From the NCBI GenBank assembly GCA_051530055.1, contig CM121341.1:17338784-17402783 (forward strand): a DNA stretch of 64,000 bases, in the 5' to 3' direction. This document shows, piece after piece, positions 33,500 through 46,500 of the stretch. Positions within the stretch are counted from its first letter, which is position 1, and every line of letters begins with the position of its first letter. The translations under genes were made by a program, and so were the position numbers. The notes beneath the pieces were generated by a model. It saw only the letters and a list, made by a program, of their open reading frames with translations, was not told where the DNA came from and ran no database searches. Source of the DNA: Neoechinorhynchus agilis (taxonomy: Eukaryota; Animalia; Acanthocephala).

Positions 33500-36400
33500 A
33501 GTGCAGTGCAATAGGATGATAATTTTTAAAATCCACCATGTTCCCTAATATTAATTACATCGGCCCGCTATTTAGACATCTTATTCATGAAGAAAAGGGT
33601 TACCCGGGTTCCAATTGAAATTTGTCGTGTAAAATCTTCTTTTGTCGTAAGCTTATTCCGAAAGCAATGAAAATCGAGCTTAATTAGAGACAAATTGTAT
33701 CCTCTAAATTTAGGTAAGGAAAGCTGGATGGTACTTTTGCCACAGCGTATATTTATCCAAGAGATACATGGTACGTAAAATTTTGTCCGTTTGTTTAATA
33801 TATATAATAAAAAAGTTCACAATACCTTGGAACTGTACGATCAACCAGGGTTTCGAAAAAACAAGAATAAATGTTTGTTTTAAGAAATATAAATGATTAC
33901 AAAAAGAAATTTAGAGCTTTTTGAGCGACGCGCGTCGTTGCAACCGATGGAGAACAAGCGATAGAAATCGATCTGAAAAGGTTTGAAATTTTCAATGTAA
34001 GTGTGACTAACGTTTTAAAAGTAGGTGAAAAAATTCATCAGTGAATTTTGTGACTTTGAGTATAAAACAAAATTTGTTCGTTTATTCAATTGATTTTTAT
34101 TAAAGTGAGTTATTTAGTCAAATCGAAATTGGGATATGGATTATAGGAAATCGCTTATTCAGCATGTTAGTATTTAATGTGAATATTTACATTTAAGAAA
34201 GTTGAAGTACTTGCCGTGTAGGCGACGAAGAAAAATGAGTGCAAAATGCCACAATACCCACAAGGAATTTACCAAGCAATGGTAAGAATGTTCGCAAAAG
34301 CGACTAACGAAGATTTCATGTTTGATCGAAGCATTTGGCTTTGTTATACTTCAATTGTGAGTACCAGTATCGACTACCATTAGGATTGCTCCATAAGCGT
34401 AAAGTATGAAAATTCCAGCAAAATGTAAATAATTTTTAAAAATGTAGCACATCATAAAAGTTGATATTTTTCGGTGGATGGTAAGTATATTTATTTTGAT
34501 CGTATTGTTTATAGCAATTTAAAAAATAAGCGAATGGATCCCACACTTTTTTGGCGTTGTCTCATGTTTGCTGATCAAATCAAGCAAATGTCACAAGACA
34601 GCATTGTAAGGTGGTCAAAAGAGATGCATAATTCTTATGATTTTCTTTAGCGATGGCTTTACTCCATGCACGTTTGTCGGAGGTTGTTTCCGTTAGAAGG
34701 AAAATTTACTGGAAATTATCTGGGCGAAGTAAGTATTGGTGGTATTGGTACATTTAACAAACTATAATAGAACAGGATCGCGCGAAATTTGAACTTGTGA
34801 ATCGAACGGTATGTTACTTCTTGATAATATTTTAAATTGCATCGGTAATCTTATAAAAGTGATGTTTCCCGGAAAATATTAACGAATTTAGGATCTTTTG
34901 TTGCAGTGAATTGCGGTATATTTCTCCTAAAATGCATTCAATGGGTTTAAGTAACCAAAAATAAATGTTATATGTTGAAGCGAGGAGGTAGCTGATTAAA
35001 TATTTTTGTTCCAAAGTGATCATTTTGTTATTGACGCCCATCGCTGATTAGTGTAGTTAAAAAGCTCTTTATTGACTGGCAGATTATGAATACTAAGATT
35101 ATTTGTTATGGATGTTGAAATTACTTTATAAGCTTAAAATGAAGAACAAAAATGTAGCTGTGTTCTTTGTTGATTATAAAAATAAAGACTGATTCATTGA
35201 TCTCAATATTTCGTCCGTCTCGTTGGACTTCTTCGGGTTGTTTGCAGAGGAAAATACAAGTAAGCTTTCTGCAACGACGAGACGGACGAAAGATTATGAT
35301 CAATAAATCAGTCTCTATTTTTATAATCACCAAAGAACACATATATAAATGAACAAATTCTTTACAAAGACTGTAGCCCAGCAGTAAGCTTGGCGTACAA
35401 CCAGGCGCAATTTATCTTCGAGTGGAATAACTCTAACGATCCTAAGGGAATCGAAGATGACTTTTCACTCGTTTGTAATCGCCGAGCATCAGATAGAAGC
35501 GAAAGACAATTTGCTTAATAATCATCCCTAATTCATTGCATGCCATCATCATTTGCTCCGTCTCGAACCAAGGGTCGAACCCGGTACCCACAAAAACGCC
35601 ATTTCAACGCTGTTCGGCACTAATCTTCAATGATCCCGGAACTGTGTATTAATCAAAGAGTACGACAAATAGTGTGCCCGATTCGATGAACATTTTTGTG
35701 TTTGCAATTCGTTTTGGAAAATCAAAATTTATGGTTCAAAGGTTATCATTCTCGGCCAGCAAAAATTTCTTCATTTTCACAAAGGCCTTGTTTATACGCC
35801 GAGCCACGTGGAATTAAGAACGATCAACCTTTCTCTAGTTAAAGATATTGGTTACTCTCTGAAGAATTTCGAACCACTATATGATATTGTGTTCTTTAGT
35901 GATAAGAAAAATAGATGTTGATTTATTGTTCTAAATATTTTGTCCGTCTCGTCGGACTTCTTCAGGTTGTTTTCGGCGACAAATATCTTCAAAGGTTTTA
36001 TTAGGAACGAAATTGGGAATAGACAACAATCATAAAATGATTTTCGCGTTTCAGTCTTTTGCTAAATCGTTGTTTCATCAATAGAAAAAGAAAGTACTTA
36101 ATTCATTCTACATCTTAGAAATAAGAACGTATAAAATTAATTATTTTAGATTAGATTCTATGTTAAGAGAAGACAATCACGAGATAAAAGTTTTCTTCAG
36201 TTTCCCAAAGAATGCAACTCTAATTTTAAGATTAAAATGATTACTTAATAAAGTGTCTCCTTTTTACAGTTGCCGAGCGTTCAAGAGTGGAAGAATATAA
36301 CCCCTGTAATCGACATTTACGGTAAATGCTCATTTTCTACTTTCAAAGTCCATAAAATCCACAATAAAAACAGAAAGCTATGAATATACGTGGCCTTGCA

Positions 36401-37220
36401 GCCTATGTCCAATGCCGAGAAAATTGACAAAACGACCAACGGAATATGCGGAGGTTCATAAAAGCTTTAAACTGGATTACGCTGATAGCCAATCGATGGA
36501 AGTCATTCAGAGAAAATTCAATGTCTACATAAGGGCTAATTGTGATCACGATTTTCGAGATAAGTATTTTCTTCACCCTTATCGTGACTTGGACGGACGA
36601 GTGAAAGTAATGGCTTCAAATCTCGTAAATTTTAAATGGGGAAAATATAGAGCTGAGAATTGGGTTGTACGAAAGTTCGCTAATTCGAGAGTTTATCTGT
36701 GGAACAAGCAATTCAATGGGTATCTGTGTAGAACCAAATTGGGAGAGCTGACCATAAATAGTCGCAAGGAGTGCTACTTTCGAATAGTTTGTTTTGGCGA
36801 GGAAATTCAACTTATCAGCCCGATCGATCATAAACGAATAATCCTGTCGTATCCAAAATACGACAACGACTTCGGTTCAGTTAGCAAGAATTTAAGTTTG
36901 TTGTACGAACGAACCCAATGTCTGTCATTATCATACGGGCACTCTCCTGTGGATAAACTTTGCAAGAGTGCTTGTTTCTAAGTATGTTCGCGAGCAACAG
37001 GGAATATCGAAGCGATGTTACTCAAAGATCAATTGCCAGATTTGAAGATCTAATCTATGTTGTAAAGAATGCCTTTGCTCAAAAGGGAAATTTTTATCTA
37101 TTTTATGCTGAAACAAAAGTGCAACTCGTGGATTGCACGACATTTTCCAATGAACTTTGCGATTTAAGTGGTCCGCAAGACGGAGATGTCTTTTGTTTTC
37201 AAAGAGACCAATTCGATTAG
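33500..37220 (+). CDS. Probable multi-exon gene or pseudogene with fascin-like beta-trefoil motifs; structure incomplete
   Basis: ORF 36412-36981 has W.V.....V.L.....YL.....G.L....F.I pattern; in-frame 52-nt intron 36322-36373; further GT-AG introns 33647-33713 and 34729-34775; frame not continuous by eye. Confidence 0.35.
35159..35342. mobile_element. Fold-back with degenerate hammerhead-like motifs (family 5); further copy at about 35925-35975
   Basis: Inverted arms; minus strand C(C/T)GAAGA-A-GTCC-aacgagac-GGAC-GAA-AATA. Confidence 0.7.
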
Positions 37221-37302
37221 GTGCCTATTTTCACCATGTGATCATTTATAAATTTACGCAGAATAAACGTATTAATTTGAGAGCGTTCGGAAAATTGCAA
37301 CT

Positions 37303-37560
37303 CAGAAAAAGTCAACAAATTGTCCGCGATCATTCGTTATATTGGAGATCTGAAGCCATAAAATCGCAAAAAAATAGCCATTCTGAAATTTATGAGACAT
37401 TTAGCCAAGCAAAACGCAACAAGTTCATCCACAGAAAAAGTCAACAAATTGTCCGCAATCATTCGTTATATTGGAGATCTAAAGCCATAAAATCGCAGAA
37501 AAATAACCATTCTGAAATTTATGAAACATTTAGCTAAGCAAAACGCAACAAGTTCATCCG
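37303..37560 (+). repeat. Tandem duplication of a 129-bp unit
   Basis: 37303-37431 and 37432-37560 are near-identical. Confidence 0.95.
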
Positions 37561-37599
37561 ACGGACGTTAACTTAATTCTGACTGTGTTGTTCTTATTA

Positions 37600-39440
37600 T
37601 CCCTAAGCTCAATAAACAAATATTCGCTAACTTCGACAATATCCAAGGAATTCATATGAATATCCAACCGTGACCCACCTGGGATAATTCCCATCCTGAA
37701 ACTAATTCAAAATCAAACATCCAAGACCAATCGTACTCACAAATTACTTGTTGCCCGCAATAACTTGCTTTCCTACAAAAAAAACGGTGGCAATTCAACA
37801 TGGTTTAGGGCCGTTAAGGACTCTTGGTCTACGCAACCCTGATCCTTTCCTAAACTTGGCCCCTTCTGAATTGAAACATGTTCAAGACTTCATCAATAAG
37901 AACCTCTCCCTGACTCAAATTACAATCATTGCTCCACATCAGACAACCGCCGATACTTCCCTTAATTTCGTCATACGAAGCACTACAGCATCTCAAGAAA
38001 TTACTACGAAATTTGTCCTCGCAATCCGAAATCCTAAACTGGGATATTCGCTGCACTATCCCCGAACCATAGAACCATTTTACCCCCGTCGTAAATCCCA
38101 CTTTTTTATATAGCATCTACCCTCATGCCTGAAAACTTCTAGTGATTCTTCTTCCGAAAAACGAACATCCGATATCAACCGAATCATTCCGTCCAATTTC
38201 CATTCTGTCCGCTCTTTCTAAAATAATCGAAAAATGTCTTAAAACTTGCCTTTTTCCACTTTGCAACAACAAATTATCGCCCCTACAATTCAGGTTCCGG
38301 TCCAAATTGTTTTGCAGCTGATGCCCTACTTTGCATTTATGACACGTTTCTACGTAACCTCGACAATAATCTCTCCCACTTCACCCGTCTCATTTAACTG
38401 GATTTATCGAAAGCATTCGACTCCGTATACAACTCGCTACTTCTTCAGGCATGTTATGATTTCGGTCTAAACTCGTGGCAGATCAACTGACTGGCCTCTT
38501 ATCTTCACAATCGCAAACAATACATTCACTGCCGTTCTACCTCAATCAGCCTATCCTCACCAAAGGAGTACCTCAAGGTGCCGTATTTTCACCATATTTT
38601 CCTAAATGACCCCAAACATTTCTCCTTGCCGACGATCTCACCCTCATCACTCAATCACTACCCCACCTCTCCATTTCCTTAACCTCCAACGAGATCACAC
38701 ACATAAACGATTTTTGCAACAATCACAAAGTCCACTTGAATTTCTCTAAATGCTTCGAAATGATCCCTTCATTCTCCCACAACCTCATATCCTACCCCGA
38801 ACTTCCAAATGACATCCTACGAGTCACCTTTCGCAAAAAATTCTGTGTATCCAATCAAATTTGAAATGAGACTCGCACATCACTCTCTCCCTTAAGCCCT
38901 CAAACGCCTCCGACATTTAAGAATCCCTTCATCCGATCTCCCGTCTTTTGCAACCTATCCAAATCACAATTCCGCCGCCGTGAAATGTTTCATGGAAGCG
39001 CCTCCAAAATTTTTGCAGTTAATTTCTCCCTTTCACAAAATGCTTTTATAAAATTTTCACTAACAAATTAGATCGCCTCTCAACCCTACCAATACTCCCC
39101 AATTTCACAAGAGCACAGCACTCGAGGACCTAATTCCTTTCATCCTCCTATAATTTGCATCTCTCTCTACACCCGCTCCATTTCCGTACTTTCAATCCTC
39201 TCGGCTATCATTAACTGCAATGAACCCGGAGGAAAGACTCAACGTAGCAAACTCTCCTACACGAATAAGCGCCAAGGACCACTTGAACGGATATTCCCAC
39301 CCGACTGAACCCGTAATCCACTCCAAAATCAACAGCCACATTTATTTAACAAAACTTAACTCGAGTGTTTAAGGAGGACTCAAAAGTACATGGACCCTAT
39401 TCTTTGTTAATTAACAAATAAACTTGTTATTATCTATTAT
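37600..39440 (+). mobile_element. Degenerate L2/CR1-type LINE (linker, RT, 3' stem-loop and tail)
   Basis: FRPISILS, GVPQG (ggagtacctcaaggt), hairpin about 39375-39400, AATAAACTTGTTATTAT tail. Confidence 0.88.
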
Positions 39441-40034
39441 TAAAGAAAGTGAATTTTGCTTGAATATTGAACTATTCATGCTTATTTATGGCGGAAAATT
39501 GAAGTAATTTATTAGGTCCGATATTTCGGCACAATCTGCTACTCGTTCATCAATGTATAAATTACTTCAAATTTTTCCGTCATACAAAAACAGTTAATTT
39601 GCTTTTCTTCCGTTTTAATCTAAAGGTCAATGTCTACTAAAAGTGAAAGTAAATTTAAATGCTTCATCTTATTCTCAGGTGCATATTCTATTCATTAATT
39701 TGTGGTTTTACTATTTTTTGAAACTTTTGATGGCTAGAAATCCCTTTGAGACCGGTCATCTTCTCTACTTAACTTTAGCTGCCCGAGTATCAATAGCTTC
39801 AACTTTAACCTTTTAATTTTACATCTTCAATTCGACCTTTATAAGTCCCGAAATTCAAGTAAAAATGAAGCGTTTTATTATTTGCAATGAAGATTTATAA
39901 TTTTCCGCTTAATATTGAGCAGAAACACATTTGCGAGTTTATAACAAAAACTTGTAAAATTTTCTTCATGCCTAACTTTTAAAAACAGTTTTATCAAAAA
40001 GGAAATGCTTTTCAGGATTATTGTTTAGGTTATA

Positions 40035-40156
40035 TAATTTTTTATTAAAAACATTTCGAACCTCGTCGGGTTCATCATTAGTTTGTTAGTTATTAAAAGA
40101 CGTTCAAACTGATAATGAACCCGATGAGGTTGGAAACGTTTTTAATAAAAAAATTA
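40035..40156. mobile_element. Penelope pLTR fold-back (family 3) with two complementarily damaged hammerheads
   Basis: Left arm (-) CTAATGA-T-GAACC..GGTTC-GAA-ATGT; right arm (+) CTGATAA-T-GAACC..GGTTG-GAA-ACGT. Confidence 0.8.
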
Positions 40157-40581
40157 ACCGGGTGAATTTTGAAATGCATTGTTACCATTACAAAACGCAG
40201 ATTGACAACACTGATCCGTGGGTTATCGTATGGGTGCTTTTCAATTTGATCTATTTTACACCTTCGAAGCAGATTCCGTTTCCCCCTCACACTCAAATTC
40301 TTATAATTATTTTCTTGTCCATTCGATCAAGTTTTTTTCCTTTGAATGTTTCAGTTAATTTTCTCTATACAGCGAGTTTTTCCCTCCTCGAAATTTATTT
40401 GTAAACATACAAATTTTCGAGGCCTCAACCTCCTTATCAAGCATTGTTTGCAAGTTTTTTTTTCAATTTACAAATAATTCTCGAGGAGGGAAAAACTCGC
40501 CGTATAGAGAAAATGAACTTCTTGTCAATATTAATCATCTGCTACCATTTTGCCTTATTCGTCAAAATTTATTTATTCAAG

Positions 40582-43500
40582 ATGCATAGACTCAGTCAAG
40601 CTTTGAACGAGCTTAAAAATGGTGATTTCAAGAAAATCAACGACCTTAAAACATGCCTCACTTCAATTAAATCATTATGTGATGATGAGATACAATTCAA
40701 TGAACTCTTAAAACTGCCTCAGATAAATCCAAGTGCAACCATTACTTTGACTGTGCTGTTTAAATCAATTGTTGAATTCTTAAGTGTGGACTTATCATCT
40801 CTTACAAACAAAAATCTTAGAAAACGTTACGAAACCCGGTTTATGATTGTCCTTCCGACCTTACGGACATTGCTGATGAAAGCAAAATGGAACTCTCCTT
40901 TGGTAGAATTAATTAATCTCGTTAAATTGATTTTCTCTTTAAGTCTAAATCATAAAACAACAGGCGATTTTTGTGAAATTTTCAAATCGATCCCAGCTCT
41001 ATTGCACGAGATCTGTTTTACGTGCATTTTCGCTTCCGAATCCATGTGTTCAAAACTAAATATGGAACAATGGACGTTGATATGTGGACTTTTGCTGACC
41101 AATAACAAAGAACGACTGTTGTCCTCATTGTCTTCAGGATTTTCCGACCTTATTGATAAGTGCAATACCTATGGAGTTCTTTGGGAAAACTCTAGGTTGC
41201 TTGAAGATTTTTTAGATATTCTCAAAAACGAACTATCAACGGTTGGGATTTGTCATTATGATTTTGTCTGTAAAAGTATCAATATCCTAGAAAGCGTGAT
41301 TTTATCTCGCAATTGCGCCTTTAACGGCCTGCGTTGCCTTCAAAAGAACATTTGCGATCGACTCATGTCATATTTCGAGTCCATAACGACCGACAATCAA
41401 GTTTTAAATGGTTGAATTCTTTAAAATATAATCTTTATATCTCAGTTTTTACGGTCTTAGTCATTAAGTTCCTTTTAAAGAATTCAACCAATGGAAGATT
41501 CGAAATGCGAAATCTTGTTTGTTTTTGCACAAGATCATATTAAGCTCTTTTCAATCAGTGATCTTACAAATATTCTCCTAGATAATCTTAATAGAATAAG
41601 CAATCGAATGCGAATGATCGTACGCTCAAAACAGTTGTTCCATAAAATACACTGTCACACTCAACTACTATCTGCCTGTGCAATGTTCACTTCAAATGGC
41701 AATGAAATCTTTGAAATGGTGAAAAGTCTCGACAAAAGTGTTTGCATTTCATTTATTCACCATGGTTCGAATTTAATCGACAAGTATAAGGTAGCAGAAT
41801 ATATTATTGAATTGATCAACCAAAATGAAAGAAGTTACGGGGAGGAATTTGCTCCTCTATATAACAAATATTTTTTGAATTGCCTTAAACTTACTTTGGA
41901 AACTAAAGAATTGCATTCTGCTACGCTTATTCCATTTCTATTTGAAGCTTTAAAGTTCTATCAAAAATCCACTGACGAAATTCTCGGCTATATCTGTGAC
42001 CACGCAAATAAAGTAAAAATAATTCAATTGCGTGGCCATGTTAATGAACTTCCAATCGCTTATAGTTGTCTCGCCTATCAGTCATCGATTGATTGTTCAG
42101 AGTTTATTCTTGAAGCCCTAAAGCTACTCAAACAAAATAATCAACGATGCCGAAATATGGCCTTGAGTGCTATATGCGTCGCTTTTATTCTTCTTTACGA
42201 GAGTAAAGGTATATTGATTAAACAAAAAGTCGGTAGTCTATTCGAGAAAGGGACTACTTTCGATTGGACTATTAGGATAGTTAAGAAACCTTCGAAGCAA
42301 GTGTTTTCGCAAGCTCTCACTTCTGAATGCCTTGTAAGTTTAATCGGAATTTGCCTTTAAATTTCGGATTATCAAAAGGAGAATCACGAAAATCCGAAAT
42401 ATACAAAGATTGTGTTTTCTCTCACGATAACGGCAATTTTAGCGACAAAGAACTTCAAGAACTGATGGATAATGCAGTTAACCGTGCCCTTGAGGAGAGC
42501 AATCATCGAAATGAGTTTCTAACTGAAATGGTAACTTTATTGGAACTTGTTTCGAAATTAAAGCTATCGGGCTTTATTGTATCTAATCATCACACAAACT
42601 TAATTCGAAATGCTGCCATAAAAACATTTACATCGACAAATATTTTCATTGATGATTTCGATACTTATTCCCGATTGGCAATTATAGACGCGCATGAATC
42701 GGATGTCAATAATGGTGAAAATGTCTTGAATATGCAACCAATTGGAACAAATCACCGATCGATTGATTTACTTCTTGATAGCATTACCTCGAATGAAGAA
42801 AATCTCTTATTGATTTCTCAGCGTATGTCGCTATTGACTCCACTGTTACGTGGAAACAATTTTGAGTTTAATTATCACGTTATTAGTCAAACTATTAGTT
42901 GTCTTTGGTCTCGTATAAAAGATAGACAAATCATCTATCCTATTCCAAGCGTGCTCGCCCACTCGCTAATAGAAATTTGCTTTTGCTTCAATGCAATAGA
43001 TCCTTCAAGAACGTTCATCGGTGAAGAGAATTCGATGCTTTATGAAATATTGGTGCAACTATACTTATCAAATGAAAACTACCCAGACTATATTTATATA
43101 AGCGTAGAAGGAGAAATTGAAAACATGAATTGCTTTCTGAACAGAAAATCCTTATGTTCAACTGAGATTGAGTCTATTTTCTTGGATATTATAAATCGCT
43201 TATCAAGTGCATATATATCTTTTCGAACACTAAATTTGTTGTACCAGTTGCTGCGACATCCGTGCATTACGCTAAGACTAATTGCGAATATTGTTGAAAT
43301 GCTCGGCAAGTGCATAAATTCACAGGACAAAAATGTTCGAATTGAAACCGAAAGGATTCTGTCGCTCGTTGATCAACTCGATATAATAAGAACTAATATC
43401 AATGGTGTCGCCATTGTAAAAGAGCTAATTTCAAAAGGAATTATGGGAATCGAAAAACCTGGCGATTATTGTAGAAACACTGTCGAATCGATTTCAACCG

Positions 43501-46500
43501 ATTATTTATTTCAATTCGGTTCTGACGAAATATCATCAAATATTGCTATTTCGACAATGATCCCCGGCATGGAGATCGATGCGTGCATTATTGAACGGAC
43601 TTCCTTAAAAACGTTTGGATCAAATCCTATGCAAGCGCTCAAAGCGTTTCTCCCCCTCATTCGCAATACCTCGCTGAAAAAATCACCGTGTTCTGAATGT
43701 GTTATATTCCACGGTGTAAAAGTATTACTTAGACTTACTCTAGAGCTTTCAAGTCCTTGTTCATTTTTTTACGCTATCATCTTTAAATTGATACACATAA
43801 ATCCAGCAGCGTTTATTGACAATTGGAATTGGAAGCAATTGATAAAATTGCCTACAAATATAATGACAAAACTCGCAAATGACGAAATTCAGCAACTGGC
43901 TCATTTGGCAGCTTCTTCATATCTATGTTTGGTTCATTACGCTCCTTTAAAATACCAAGCGCATCTTTCTGAAGCGTTTAATTTACTTTGGAAACATTTC
44001 GTACAAAAAGGACAATCACAATACAATTCCTTAATGGAGAGCGCTGAAATGAGTGTAAATGATTTCTTGAATCGCAGAACATTCAACATATTGCCCGAAA
44101 TTGATTACGAACAACTTCAGAAATCACTGAAAGGGCCGTGTTTGGGTATCGACAAAGTTCTGGTATATATCCAGCATCTGTCTCGGTCCTCACAAACTTA
44201 CATCTCGCAAATTCGTCTAAATGAATTGTATATCCTTTTACTTTCATGTGCACCAACCAATATGTTATCGACGTCTTCCATGGGTATCATCTTCCTAAAA
44301 GAAACCCCATTTGCACTGTTTAGTCGATCTAGTGGATTTTTTGATTTAACTTCTTTTTCTACCCGTCTATATTCCGCTTTGATGCGAAACGGACAACTGA
44401 GCCATTGCTTTGTCGATATTGTGACTGATATTTTTAACCAATCAGATTTCGGAAGTAAAGTAGCTAAAAGTCATCTTACTTGTTCAATAGATGACTCATT
44501 GGATAATACAATTGTCTATCTATTAAACGAGTATAAAATCAAAGGTGCTCAAATTTATACGAACTTAATCAATACAAATGAATATTTAAACGAAGAAATC
44601 AAATACTTTCTATATTCCATTCTGCTTTACCGGATTTACGTTGGCGCAGAAAACTTTGACAAAACAGAAACAAACCATAGATTGTTGAAGGCAGTTAATG
44701 AAAGCAAGTCCTCCGAGTTTTCACCGAAACTTCTCGTGTCGGCAATTGCACTTTTAATAAATAATCGACTCGAATACATCAAGGGAATGTTTAAAGATAG
44801 CGCGGAATTCTTGCTTGAAGTGTCACGATTATGTTTATCTTCTTTAAATGATCCAGAACTAGCGTTGTATATATCCTCCTTGATTCCGACTCCTTCTTCG
44901 TCCTTGAAAAATTCAATTTCCTTGGAGTCATTTATTAGACTAGATAGGACGGATAATGTTCTTGCTTTTGAATATCGACTAAATTCAATGACTGCTGATG
45001 ACAACGTTGCTTTCCTTGCATATTGCGATCTTTGGGTTGATATGGTTTCCTATACTGAAACAATCGAAAGCGGAATCATTGGTCTTCAATCAGTTGCTTT
45101 AGAGAATATTGGAGTTAGCAGGAGTGCTTTGAAGGACGATCACAATATTAATTTGCTATCTGAACCGTTTCATACGCTTGGTCGGTGGTCGATTGAATCA
45201 AGAAATGAAGTGAAAGAAAACGTTGTTTGCCTATTGGATCAAGAAGTTAATGGCGCTTTGGTTGATAAACTTATTAAAGATCAACCTAATCGCGGAGAGT
45301 CATTATCCGCAATTGCGCAAGTTATCTCGGTTTATCACTTTCTTAAATACAATTTAATAGGCGAATCAAATGACTATTGCACTCAGGAATATTATTGGTT
45401 TAAGGGAAACAGAACAGCTCTTAACCATTTCGCATATACAAATGAACTAAAGTCAATAATTAAAGCAAAAGATGTGAGTACGATGTGTGACTCTAATTTA
45501 TTTAGAACATTAGAATCAACTTTCAATGTTCTTTTAAACGAAACCCGAAATGTGTATGAAGCCGAGAGATTTATAAGAGATCTAAGGAGACTCAAATTAA
45601 ATCCATGTTGGATTTCCGTCTTCGACGCGGAGACGCGTTGGCTAAAGGGATTTAAGAGTGGGGCGATGGGACTTCTCAAAGCCATTCTCGACAACGAGAG
45701 CTTTGCCCGTGGTGATTGGTTTGTACGATCTGTAAAATGTCTTGTGAAATGGAACAGTGATGTGTGCACGGAGCCAAATTCAGTAGTTATTGATTATCTT
45801 AAAAAAGCGATGGATATTAGTATTCCGTCTGATGATACATATTCAACGTCAAATGTAAGCAGATTGAGTCTTGATCTGGCTCAGATGCTACATCGAGTAT
45901 ATTTGGAGATTGACAGTCAAGTGAGATCAAAAAGATTTGAAAAAAAAGTGAGAATGACAGCCATCAATGCAAATCAATCTGCAAAAGTTAAACAAAACTC
46001 GGAATCGTGTTCTGTGAGGGCTTATAAATGGTTTAGTGGAAGTCTTGAAGAAGATCGCAATCATATTGCTTCAGTTTTAAAGGAAAGAGAATGTGTCTTG
46101 GAGTCGTGCATAGATTCCTTTATCACAGCCATTTCAAACACTTCATCTGGTCAATCTAACGCTGCCATTCATCAGTTGTATTCTTTACTTGTAACTTAGT
46201 ACAGATGATTCTGACTTTGAGCTTTTCCATTGTGATCTAATCTGCAAAGGTTAAGCAAATTAGGAGCCATTTTCTTGCTATGACGCAGTCGTAATAAAGC
46301 GCAGTTAAAATTAACAGTATATTATCAATTTTTGTTTTTATCGAATATAATTTCACCATTTAGAATACCTCGTATGTTCTTATGTGCCACGGGGAAGTTA
46401 TTTTTAACACCTGAGTTTACTCTCGACAAAGTACGTTTCATATTCTCATAACAGGGTATGAGTTTAATGGAGACTCGTTTTATTAATAATTCATTACTTT

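Noticed and set aside
37157-37537. 126-aa ORF as a protein
   Set aside because: Produced by the 129-bp tandem duplication; the second unit has CAA changed to a TAA stop
43094-45769. Minus-strand ORFs inside ATM (and similar ones inside the LRR genes, GPCR and Gypsy)
   Set aside because: Antisense shadows of long coding frames with no motifs
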